DNA of 50,370 nt from positions 1 through 50,370 of IMG/VR virus record IMGVR_UViG_3300028842_000131. One strand, written 5' to 3'. Positions 30,757 to 38,382 of this stretch are shown one piece after another. This stretch comes from a virus. Below the pieces are notes generated by a model that was not told the DNA's origin, ran no database searches, and saw nothing but the letters and a program-made list of their open reading frames with translations. Every line of letters starts with the position of its first letter. Position 1 is the first letter of the stretch. The translations under genes and the position numbers were made by a program.

Positions 30757-31542
30757 TCAGGGTAGAAACACCGGAGCGTTGGTGAGGTTGTCCGCCTGAG
30801 TGGCGTAGACGATCACGAACCCGTCGGCCGGGCTCGGGCGTCCCGCGGCGGTGATGGTGATCCGCGCCACCGACATCGGGAGCTGGATCCCGCGGAGGGC
30901 CGGGCTAATCGTCGAGGAGTCCGCCTGGTGACCGGCCACGAGATCGTTAGGGGTGACCTCCCAGACCTTCCGCCCGGCGCCGTCGTAGCCGACCGCGTTG
31001 AACGGGGCCCACTTCCACATGTAGTAGTAGAAGGTGCGCCTGAGGGTCTGTGCCGACAGGAGCGCGATCGACTTCGGCTCGGTGATCGAGAGCGGCTCGA
31101 GCGCCGGCAGCACGACTCCGTAGGTGCCACCCTGGGAGTTGGTGGTGTAGGTGCGTACGCTGATGCTGGCCTTCGTGGCCGCCTCGGGGTCACCGAAAAT
31201 CTGGAACATGCCGGCGAAGGCGCCCTCGTACCCGAGGTCCCCGAGGAGGTTGCCGGTCGCCCAGGTCTCGCCGGGCTGGACGTCTGCGATGAGGATGCCT
31301 CGTCCGATGCCGGGCTGGGGGTCGGCCAGCCTCACGGTCAGTACCGAGTCGGACCCGTTGGCGAACGCGAACTCGGTGCGCCAGTAGGATCCGTAGGCTC
31401 CGGGGGCATTGGCCAGGCCCGAGAACGTCACCCAGCGGGCGGGTGCGTCGGCTGCCCGAACCGGGCACGCAGCCGCGAGCAGCATCCCGAGCGCGAAGGC
31501 GAACAGGACGAGCGTGATGAGGATGCGGCGACGGTTGCTCAC
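30757..31542 (-). CDS. Secreted protein of unknown function (moron candidate), 261 aa
   Basis: GTG start with GTGA overlap. Signal peptide RRRILITLVLFAFALGMLLAAACPVRA/AD. The mature part is beta-rich (SYWRTEFAFANGSD...YATQADNLTNAPVFLP). The 80-aa N-terminal extension in the ORF track is Arg-rich junk. Confidence 0.75.
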   Translation of the reverse strand: MSNRRRILITLVLFAFALGMLLAAACPVRAADAPARWVTFSGLANAPGAYGSYWRTEFAFANGSDSVLTVRLADPQPGIGRGILIADVQPGETWATGNLLGDLGYEGAFAGMFQIFGDPEAATKASISVRTYTTNSQGGTYGVVLPALEPLSITEPKSIALLSAQTLRRTFYYYMWKWAPFNAVGYDGAGRKVWEVTPNDLVAGHQADSSTISPALRGIQLPMSVARITITAAGRPSPADGFVIVYATQADNLTNAPVFLP

Positions 31543-31739
31543 TTGCGCTTCGTCCCGAAGGCGGTCTTGCGCTCCGGCTCGGCGGGCGCCGGGTCGGGCG
31601 TCTCCACGACGAACTCGATCGAGCCATCGACCTGCAGCTCCCGGAGGTAGGGGCCGAAGCGGCTCTCGGGATACGTGACGTCGGGATCCGGCTCGAACTC
31701 GATGCCGTTCACGACGCAGGGCTTGGCGACACGAACCAT
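31539..31739 (-). CDS. Hypothetical protein, 66 aa
   Basis: ORF track. AGGAGA RBS. Confidence 0.65.
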   Translation of the reverse strand: MVRVAKPCVVNGIEFEPDPDVTYPESRFGPYLRELQVDGSIEFVVETPDPAPAEPERKTAFGTKRK

Positions 31740-31765
31740 TGATGTCTCCTGTTGGGGTAGCGGTC

Positions 31766-31798
31766 GGGAGGTGGAGACTCATGCCGGGCCCACCTCCC
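31766..31798 (-). terminator. Hairpin GGGAGGTGG-N15-CCACCTCCC after the major capsid gene (possible attenuator)
   Basis: 9-bp perfect stem, 28 nt downstream of the capsid stop. No U-tract. Confidence 0.35.
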
Positions 31799-31825
31799 CA
31801 ACCCGTCCCGGTCGGGTGCGTTGGA

Positions 31826-32899
31826 CTAGCTGACCGCCGTGGTGAAGAGAGCCCCGCCGTCGGCCATGACGACCGTCGTCTCGTAGGCGTCGATGTACCG
31901 ATAGATCTGCGAGCCCTCGGCTCCGACGTTCATGTCCTCGAACTGGCGGGTCTTCGGGTAGCCGCCGCTCGTCAGCGTCAGGGCGAACTGCGGGCTGTAG
32001 AGGTCCGCCTCGCCGACGATCACGAGGCCCGCGAACTTGCCCCACACGTCGGTGAGGGCCGCGGAGCTCGAGTTGGTCGTGGTCTTGACCATGTTGCCGA
32101 CGTAGAGGTCCACGTCGAGCAGCGCGGCCAGGAGGTCAGCGCCGATCGGCGCGCCGGGATTCGCCTTGGTGGCGCCGCCGCTCACGAGGCTCAGGATCTG
32201 GGGGTGGAAGCGGAGCGCCTTGAAGACCTTCGGGCCCACGAAGAGGGCGCGCGGGATCTGGCCCGTGAGGCCCCTGATGGTCTCCTTCTTGTCCGCGATG
32301 TCGAAGAGCGGCAGCGAGTACCAGGAGGTCCCGTTCGGCGCGTAGTTGTCCCACCGGGTGCCGGTGCCGCCCGAGGTGAGGGTCGCGTTTGTGGTGTAGT
32401 TGCCGGAGGTCGTCAGCGCCGTGGCGATGTGGACCTCCTTCTTGAGCTCGGTCTTCTGGCGGGCCAGGTCGAACTTCACGGACGCGAGGTCCATGCCGTT
32501 CGCGGCAGCGATCCGGATCTCGCGGGGCTCGGCGATGACCTGGTTGGCGTGGACCTTGAGGGTCAGCGTCTGCCAGGAGCCGTCGACGTCCGCCGTCTTG
32601 ACGTTGCCGCGGATCGGCACCACGTCGTCGGCTCCGTCGAAGAACGCCTCCTTGCCCCACTTGATGTAGGACGCGCGCTCGTCGCCGTCCTCCGAAGAGT
32701 TGACCTCGGGCGCGAGCTGGGCGCCGATCGGCTCACCCTGGGAGTAGCCGACACCGCGATTGATGGTCCCGACGGTGGAGCGCCGCAGCGTGGAGATCGT
32801 GCTGAGCTCCTTGACGGTCTTGTTGCCGTGGGTCAGGGCCCAGTCGAGCAGGTCGTGGGCCTCCTTGACGACGGCGGGGTCGACCTTCTTGAGTGCCAT
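31826..32899 (-). CDS. Major capsid protein, 357 aa
   Basis: ORF track. AAGGAAG RBS. Position after the protease/scaffold and decoration genes. Size and composition fit an HK97-fold (lambda gpE-like) capsid protein; the family assignment is inferred. Confidence 0.85.
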   Translation of the reverse strand: MALKKVDPAVVKEAHDLLDWALTHGNKTVKELSTISTLRRSTVGTINRGVGYSQGEPIGAQLAPEVNSSEDGDERASYIKWGKEAFFDGADDVVPIRGNVKTADVDGSWQTLTLKVHANQVIAEPREIRIAAANGMDLASVKFDLARQKTELKKEVHIATALTTSGNYTTNATLTSGGTGTRWDNYAPNGTSWYSLPLFDIADKKETIRGLTGQIPRALFVGPKVFKALRFHPQILSLVSGGATKANPGAPIGADLLAALLDVDLYVGNMVKTTTNSSSAALTDVWGKFAGLVIVGEADLYSPQFALTLTSGGYPKTRQFEDMNVGAEGSQIYRYIDAYETTVVMADGGALFTTAVS

Positions 32900-32929
32900 T
32901 GTGTGCTTCCTTCCTTGCTCGCCGGCTAG

Positions 32930-33307
32930 CTACCGACCGGAGATGACGTGAATCGGGTCGCCGTCGGCCGCGGTGGTATCGAAGGCCTGGCCGATCGTGA
33001 ACGCGGTGGGCGTCGACGCCGTCGCCTCGACGACGACCTTGCCGGACGCGCCGCACTTGACGTAGTCGCCCGTGGTGATGGCGCCGCCCGCGATCAGCGG
33101 GGAGATCGGGCCGACCTCGTAAACGGCGAGGTAGTCGCCGCTCACGCCAGCGTCCTGGACCCAGCCGAGCGGAACGTCGCCCGCACCGGCGTTGACCAGG
33201 AGCCCGGAGCTGTTGACCTTGACGAGGGTGTTGGCGGCAATCGTGGCGCCCGCCTTGAGGCTCATCGGGAACGCGAAGAGCGCCCCCTCGATGGTGGAGT
33301 TGGCCAT
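32930..33307 (-). CDS. Head decoration-like protein (DUF2190-like), 125 aa
   Basis: ORF track. AAGGAGA RBS. Gly/Ala/Val-rich, ~120 aa, directly upstream of the capsid gene, as is typical for DUF2190. Confidence 0.7.
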   Translation of the reverse strand: MANSTIEGALFAFPMSLKAGATIAANTLVKVNSSGLLVNAGAGDVPLGWVQDAGVSGDYLAVYEVGPISPLIAGGAITTGDYVKCGASGKVVVEATASTPTAFTIGQAFDTTAADGDPIHVISGR

Positions 33308-33345
33308 GGTGTCTCCTTAGGTGACGTTGTTGGTTGGGCGAGCGA

Positions 33346-34377
33346 CTACTCGCCCTGAAGGATCTTGGCCGCCTCGGCGAACGAGCACTGATTGCGCTTC
33401 GCGATCTTCGCGACCTCGTTGTAGTCGAGCGCGCCATCGCTCAGCTTGACCGACTTCTCGATGCCGGGCCGCACGCCGGTCGGGGTCGCATCCGCGAGGT
33501 CCTCGAGGACGACCTTCATGTCCTCCGGGAAGAGGCCCACGAGCTTCTTGTAGGTCGCGGCCTTGGCCGGCTTGATCTTCCCGGCGAAGTCGCCCATGGT
33601 CTTCTCGACGAGGCGCTCGTGCTCCTTGCGGGCGATGACCTCACTCGCCTTCTTCTCGGCGCGCTCGTCGAGCATCTTCTCGAGCTCGGCCTCGGAGAGG
33701 GTGAGGACCTTCTCCTTGGAGGCCGCCTTGGCGTCGGCCTCGGCCTTCGCGCGCGCGGCCTTCTCGTCGGCCTCGATCTTCGCCAGCTCGGCGATGCGGT
33801 TCTTGATGGTCTCCTCGGTGGCGTCCTCGGAGAGGTTCAGGGAGACGGCCAGAGCCTTGATATCCACTTCGTTGTCCTCCGTTTCGGTACCAGCAAGGTC
33901 TGACGCCGTGACGACAGCCATGCCGTCGACCTGTGGAATGTTGGTGAGAGAGGCCTCGTAGATGCGGGTTGGGGCGAAGACGTTGCCGGCCGCGCGCGCC
34001 CACATGCCGGGGCTGATGAAGCTCCACTTCCTGTCGCGGACCGCGGCGATCGTGTCGTCGAGGAGCTTGGCGAGCCCCCAGAGACCGTCGAACCTGACCT
34101 CCCAGCGTCCGGGCTCGAACCAGCCGGCGGCCTCGCCACCCCTGGGCCCTCGCCCGTGCTCGTAGATCAGCGGGATCGGCGTCTTCTTCGCGTTCGCGAG
34201 GGACGCCACCTTCTCGAGATCCGAGAGCGAGCAGTCGAGGATCTCGGACTTGTTCGGGCCGATCTCCGCCCTACCGAGCGGGAGTACCTGGATCCAGGTG
34301 AGGCCGTCGGCCCCCGCCTCGTCCGGCGCCCTGATCGGCAGGAGCGCGCACTCGAGCCGCTGCTTCCTGATACGCAC
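33346..34377 (-). CDS. Prohead protease / scaffold fusion (Mu gpI-like), 343 aa
   Basis: ORF track. Lies between the portal and capsid genes. Globular N-terminal half, then a highly charged Ala/Glu/Lys coiled-coil C-terminal half typical of scaffolds. Confidence 0.75.
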   Translation of the reverse strand: MRIRKQRLECALLPIRAPDEAGADGLTWIQVLPLGRAEIGPNKSEILDCSLSDLEKVASLANAKKTPIPLIYEHGRGPRGGEAAGWFEPGRWEVRFDGLWGLAKLLDDTIAAVRDRKWSFISPGMWARAAGNVFAPTRIYEASLTNIPQVDGMAVVTASDLAGTETEDNEVDIKALAVSLNLSEDATEETIKNRIAELAKIEADEKAARAKAEADAKAASKEKVLTLSEAELEKMLDERAEKKASEVIARKEHERLVEKTMGDFAGKIKPAKAATYKKLVGLFPEDMKVVLEDLADATPTGVRPGIEKSVKLSDGALDYNEVAKIAKRNQCSFAEAAKILQGE

Positions 34378-35898
34378 CTACGCCTTCCTCCCGACCGTGG
34401 CGGCGGCCTTCTTGATACTCGGAGCGTTGGTGCCCTTGAGCGGCGCCTGCTCCGGCTTGATCTTGGGCTGCAGACCCGGCTCGCTCGGCTCTCCGTCGAC
34501 GCTCGAGTCGGAGTCGGCGCCCATGGCCCGCGGGTCACCGGGGACCATCGGCATCGCGAGGCACTGCTCGTCGCCATCGGGCACCGGGATCGAGAGCAGG
34601 TCGTGGATGTAGCTGACCGGGATCGTGTTCATGCCGGAGTTGACCAGCATGTGCATCGACTGGGCCACGTTGTACATGTCCGGCTTGTTCTCGACGCGGA
34701 TCCGGAACTCGGGCGTGTAGAGCGCGGCGTCGTCGCGGCCGAAGTTCCGCTCGATCATCGGCGCGATGAGCTGTTCCCGAAGCGCCCCGGCGATCTCCAC
34801 ACCGCGAGCGAAGGACCTCGCGATCGTCACGTCGTGGTGGACCTGGGCGGATGCCCTGGAGCCAGTGTTGCGCTGGACGTCGGTCCCCTGGGTGGCGCCG
34901 AGCACAACCTTGCTGATCTCGCGGGCGGCCCAGTCGACGAGGAACTCGTGGGGGCTCGTGGAGGTCGCGCTCGAGTACGACTGAACGAACTCGATCGACG
35001 CGCCCTCGGGGAGGGCGGCCCAGGCAGCGTTGCCGGCGTTCCGGAGGGCGGCCACGACGCGGCGCTCCATCTCGGGATCGCCAGGCGCGAACTTCCCGGT
35101 ACGGAACGGCATCCCGAAGAGCTCGACGAACCGGACCCACCACTGGGGACCGAACACCCGGATCATGTAGGGGCCAATACAGCGCCGGAGGACACCCCGA
35201 CGGGCGGGGTTTGCGACGTGAGATTCCGCTACGAGGGTCACGATGCGTGGCCCGAGGGTGCTGACGTCGACGAGGTATGAGGCGTCCCCCGACACCTGGA
35301 GGGCGAGTGAAGTGGACGAGGGCCGATACCGGAGCCTCTGGGGGAAGATCGGGGTGAGGCTCTTGAGCCTTTCGCGCCCGCCAGTCGCTTTGCCGGCGAC
35401 CGCGTCGACTTCCAGCCCGGAAGCTCCCCGCCAGAGGCCGTCGGCTAGACATCCGATGGCCTTGTCGATTCTGACCGAGGGGCTGAAGAGCTGCTCCTCG
35501 GTGTACTTTGCGATGTCGGTAGCGCGGCGACCCGCGCGAGTCTTCCTGCCGCTGGCCCCGCGCACATCCGGCGGGTACGGCAGGATGTCCAGCCGGGCGC
35601 CGGTCAGGTAGTCGGTGGCCTTGGCGAGCTCGCCGTCGAGGTGCCCATCGCGGGCCCGCATCTCGTCGTAGAAGGCGTTGAGGTACCGGGTGTCCCCGTT
35701 CTCGGCGTTGAGGATCCAGCCAAGGACCTGTTCGGGCGTGATGTTCTGGCCGGTGCGAACCTGGGTGCGATCGTTGACGGACTCGACCCAGATGCGGCCA
35801 GGCTCGACCTTCTCGTCGCCGGCCCGCGCCTGCTTCTTCGCTGCGCTGGCAACGGCTGCCTTCTTTGACGGAAGGCCGGCCTTCATCTTCACAGGCAT
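34378..35898 (-). CDS. Portal protein (Mu gp29 / DUF935-like), 506 aa
   Basis: ORF track. The NAENGDTRYLNAFYDEMRARDGHLDGEL motif is typical of DUF935 portals. Follows TerL with a 10-nt overlap. Confidence 0.88.
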   Translation of the reverse strand: MPVKMKAGLPSKKAAVASAAKKQARAGDEKVEPGRIWVESVNDRTQVRTGQNITPEQVLGWILNAENGDTRYLNAFYDEMRARDGHLDGELAKATDYLTGARLDILPYPPDVRGASGRKTRAGRRATDIAKYTEEQLFSPSVRIDKAIGCLADGLWRGASGLEVDAVAGKATGGRERLKSLTPIFPQRLRYRPSSTSLALQVSGDASYLVDVSTLGPRIVTLVAESHVANPARRGVLRRCIGPYMIRVFGPQWWVRFVELFGMPFRTGKFAPGDPEMERRVVAALRNAGNAAWAALPEGASIEFVQSYSSATSTSPHEFLVDWAAREISKVVLGATQGTDVQRNTGSRASAQVHHDVTIARSFARGVEIAGALREQLIAPMIERNFGRDDAALYTPEFRIRVENKPDMYNVAQSMHMLVNSGMNTIPVSYIHDLLSIPVPDGDEQCLAMPMVPGDPRAMGADSDSSVDGEPSEPGLQPKIKPEQAPLKGTNAPSIKKAAATVGRKA

Positions 35899-37316
35899 CC
35901 GAACGCTCCGTTGCTCGTCATCGTTTCGCCAAAGATCGGGTCGGACGAGCCGTCACGACGCGGCTTGACGCCGAGACCGTGGTTGGCAAGTGCCAGCGAG
36001 ATCACGCAGTCGTCGTGGTAGCCGTCGGCGGCGTCGTAGGTGAGGTTGCCGAGTGCCGTGACCTTGTACTCGTACGCCTCGAGCTCGTTCAGGAGTACCT
36101 GGATGAGCGGGTACTGGATGTGCTGCTGCTCGATCGCGACGACCAGCTTCTCGATCAGCGGTCGCTTGGACGTCGGCGAGAAGATGAAGGGCTCCAGCGA
36201 GAGGCCCATTCGCTGCATCTCTTCGACGTTCGGGTCACCAACTCCGGAGGCGTCGACGATGCACCGCGCGTTGTTGTAGCGGCGCGCCACGTCGGCGATC
36301 CGCTCGCGCTGTACGTACCAGGGGAGACCGTGGAACCTTGCGAAGTAGACGAGCCTGCGCGTCCGGCGCGAGAAGACCGTGATGACCGTCCAGTCGTGCT
36401 TGCGCGCCAGGTCGACGCCCATGACGTAGCTGAGGCCGAAGATCGGGTCCTCTGCGACGGCCTCGTCCTTGCGCCAGTCGAGCTCGGTCTCCCAGATGCA
36501 GGCCCGCGGGTCCCGGAACACGCCCGCGCCGTCGTCCATGACCTCGGCGTTGTAGAGAGCCCTGAAGACTCGCTCGGGGAGGATGCGCCTTGCGTCCTCG
36601 ACGTCCTGGGGGTTGACGTACGGGCTCGCCGAGGTCGGCATGGTGACGAAGCCGTAGGTGGGCTCCGACCCCGACTGGGCGCGCTTGAACTCCCGGATTG
36701 CCCAGTGCTTGCCGCTGCGGTCGGTGTTGAATGCGATCTTGAGGCGTCCGCCGGTCGCCGTGACCGTTGAGCGGACCGCCGGGAAAACTCCCTCGGGCTG
36801 TCGCGTGGCCTCGTCCACGAAGACGCGGTCGAACGCCTCACCGTAGATTGCGTTGTAGTTGTCGCCGGAGAAGCAGACCAGCTTGCCGATCTTGCCGTTG
36901 GTCGTGAGCGAGACCTCGATGTCGAGGTGCGGGTTCTCGCGGAACTTGGCGTACCCGTGGGACTCCCAGTTGACGAGGTAGCCCTTGATCAGCTCCCAGC
37001 CGGTGCGCGTCCTGAGGTTCCAAGGACCGACCCAGGCGACTCGCTCACCCTGGAGGAGTCCCTCCAGGCACCAGAGCGATCCCCCGACCGTCTTCCCCGT
37101 CTTGGTCCCCGCCCCGATCCACTGGATCCTTTCCTTCCCGTCCAGGAGCCTCGCCTGGTCCTCCGAGACCGGGGGCCTCGAGTAGGTTGGTAGATCCTCC
37201 GACGAGCTCGGCGTCGATGACGGGCTGTCGGTCGATTCGAGCGTTCCCGATGTTGAGGGTGAGTCGGAGCGGCTTCCCTCCTCCGGCGTCGTCGTTCCTT
37301 TGAGCAGCTCGTCCAT
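35889..37316 (-). CDS. terL: Terminase large subunit, 475 aa from the first canonical start
   Basis: Walker A GAGTKTGKT, Walker B RVFVDEA, and nuclease-domain acidic residues (MGVDLA, DASGVG, HDD). The start is uncertain. The only ATG/GTG/TTG upstream of Walker A in this frame with a plausible context is 37316, and it yields a Ser/Thr/Pro-rich N-terminus. Confidence 0.9.
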   Translation of the reverse strand: MDELLKGTTTPEEGSRSDSPSTSGTLESTDSPSSTPSSSEDLPTYSRPPVSEDQARLLDGKERIQWIGAGTKTGKTVGGSLWCLEGLLQGERVAWVGPWNLRTRTGWELIKGYLVNWESHGYAKFRENPHLDIEVSLTTNGKIGKLVCFSGDNYNAIYGEAFDRVFVDEATRQPEGVFPAVRSTVTATGGRLKIAFNTDRSGKHWAIREFKRAQSGSEPTYGFVTMPTSASPYVNPQDVEDARRILPERVFRALYNAEVMDDGAGVFRDPRACIWETELDWRKDEAVAEDPIFGLSYVMGVDLARKHDWTVITVFSRRTRRLVYFARFHGLPWYVQRERIADVARRYNNARCIVDASGVGDPNVEEMQRMGLSLEPFIFSPTSKRPLIEKLVVAIEQQHIQYPLIQVLLNELEAYEYKVTALGNLTYDAADGYHDDCVISLALANHGLGVKPRRDGSSDPIFGETMTSNGAFGCL

Positions 37317-37485
37317 AACCCTGCTCGTAAAGGAAACGGAAGGCGTCCCATCGGACCTTGGGGTCTTCTGACTCGAGGAAGGACGTCGCAAGTTGCTCGA
37401 GGCGGCCTTCGAGTAGTGCCCTCGCGAGCGCCGCGCCGCGGTCTCGGGCACCGGTGTCATTGGCTTTCCGCTTCCCAATCGCCAC
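37045..37485 (-). CDS. terS: Terminase small subunit candidate, 146 aa as an open frame (C-terminal extent doubtful)
   Basis: First ORF after the terminator. The helical N-terminus contains FLYEQGYGRAAQ, resembling the LL(D/E)RG(W/Y)GK motif of small terminases. The frame overlaps terL by 272 nt. Confidence 0.55.
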   Translation of the reverse strand: MAIGKRKANDTGARDRGAALARALLEGRLEQLATSFLESEDPKVRWDAFRFLYEQGYGRAAQRNDDAGGGKPLRLTLNIGNARIDRQPVIDAELVGGSTNLLEAPGLGGPGEAPGREGKDPVDRGGDQDGEDGRGIALVPGGTPPG

Positions 37486-37490
37486 CGACC

Positions 37491-37526
37491 CCCCAAAAAC
37501 AAGAAGCCCCCGCGGGTTGCGGGGGC
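37491..37526 (-). terminator. Intrinsic terminator separating the early/middle operon from the late operon
   Basis: Minus strand reads GCCCCCGC-AACCC-GCGGGGGC followed by TTCTTGTTTTT. It lies 39 nt after the stop at 37565 and 6 nt before the terS start. Confidence 0.85.
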
Positions 37527-37564
37527 GATGCGGTCTAGCCGCTGCTCGGGAGAATGTGGTGCCG

Positions 37565-37858
37565 CTAGGGCAGTTTCGCCACCAGTACCGGCGCAGGTCC
37601 TGCGCGTCTTGGGTCGGCCACGTATCTGACCTCCTCCTCCGACCGGTCCCGCTCGTACCTCCGGTCGATGCGTTCGATCGGGGGATCCCAGGACGTCACC
37701 CGCTCCTCGGTCCAAATGACGTGGGCGCAGCAGCGGCATCGGCGAGCCCGACCGACACAGTCGAGTTGCCCGACCGAGCTGATCGTGTTGAAGCGCCGCC
37801 CGCTGCACTTGGGACACCGGAAGGCGAGCTTCCGAATGGGGCGACGCCTGCCCTTCAT
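37565..37858 (-). CDS. Zinc-finger protein, 97 aa; candidate late-gene regulator
   Basis: CPKCSG...C...CRCCAH. Last gene before the terminator and late operon, which is the position of lambda Q or P2 Ogr. The function is inferred from position only. Confidence 0.7.
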   Translation of the reverse strand: MKGRRRPIRKLAFRCPKCSGRRFNTISSVGQLDCVGRARRCRCCAHVIWTEERVTSWDPPIERIDRRYERDRSEEEVRYVADPRRAGPAPVLVAKLP

Positions 37859-38382
37859 CCCACCGTCCCGGCGTCGAGCTGGGGTGACGTTGCCCGAACC
37901 GGCGCCCGCGCGAAGCGCTTCATCATCTCCTCGCGGGTCTCCTCGCTCAGCGGCTTGTGGTGGCGCCAGGTGTCGGGGGTGAGGTCGGCTCTGACGCTGG
38001 AGCCTCCGAGACCGAGCCGCACCTCCTCCTCCCTCGCCAGGCCGTCCACCGCGGCCCCGGCCTCGCGCTCGATCGCGGCACGGTGCTGGTCCTCGAGGAT
38101 TCCCAGGTAGACGCGGAGGTCCCCGATGGTGTCGAGGATCCCCTCGTTGTTGGCGGCGCGGGCCAGCCCGAGCGTCTGGAGCCGGCTGATCTTCACGCCG
38201 ATCAGGGTGGCGGTGGCCCGGCGGCGGTCGTCGGTCGGGAGTCCCTCGCAGAGCCGGTGCGCGAACTCGGCGCTGAACTGGAAGTTCTCGTAGGGGTCGG
38301 TGCCGGGCGCGTAGTCGGCCGCCTTGCGCTCGTACGTGCCGGCGTCGTTCCTCAGGATCTCGGGGACGTTGCTCTTGCTCAT
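37855..38382 (-). CDS. All-alpha NTP-pyrophosphohydrolase-fold protein (MazG/DUF1599-like), 175 aa
   Basis: Internal ATG (MSKSNVPEIL...) with a GAGGAG RBS and ATGA overlap with the dnaB stop. Motifs ERKAADYAPG, LIGVKISRLQTL and NEGILDTIGDLRVYLGIL. Confidence 0.6.
   Translation of the reverse strand: MSKSNVPEILRNDAGTYERKAADYAPGTDPYENFQFSAEFAHRLCEGLPTDDRRRATATLIGVKISRLQTLGLARAANNEGILDTIGDLRVYLGILEDQHRAAIEREAGAAVDGLAREEEVRLGLGGSSVRADLTPDTWRHHKPLSEETREEMMKRFARAPVRATSPQLDAGTVG

Noticed and set aside
37317-37817. N-terminal 167 aa of ORF 35889..37817 as part of TerL
   Set aside because: It runs through the intrinsic terminator and the zinc-finger gene, and it is Arg/Ser/Pro-rich.
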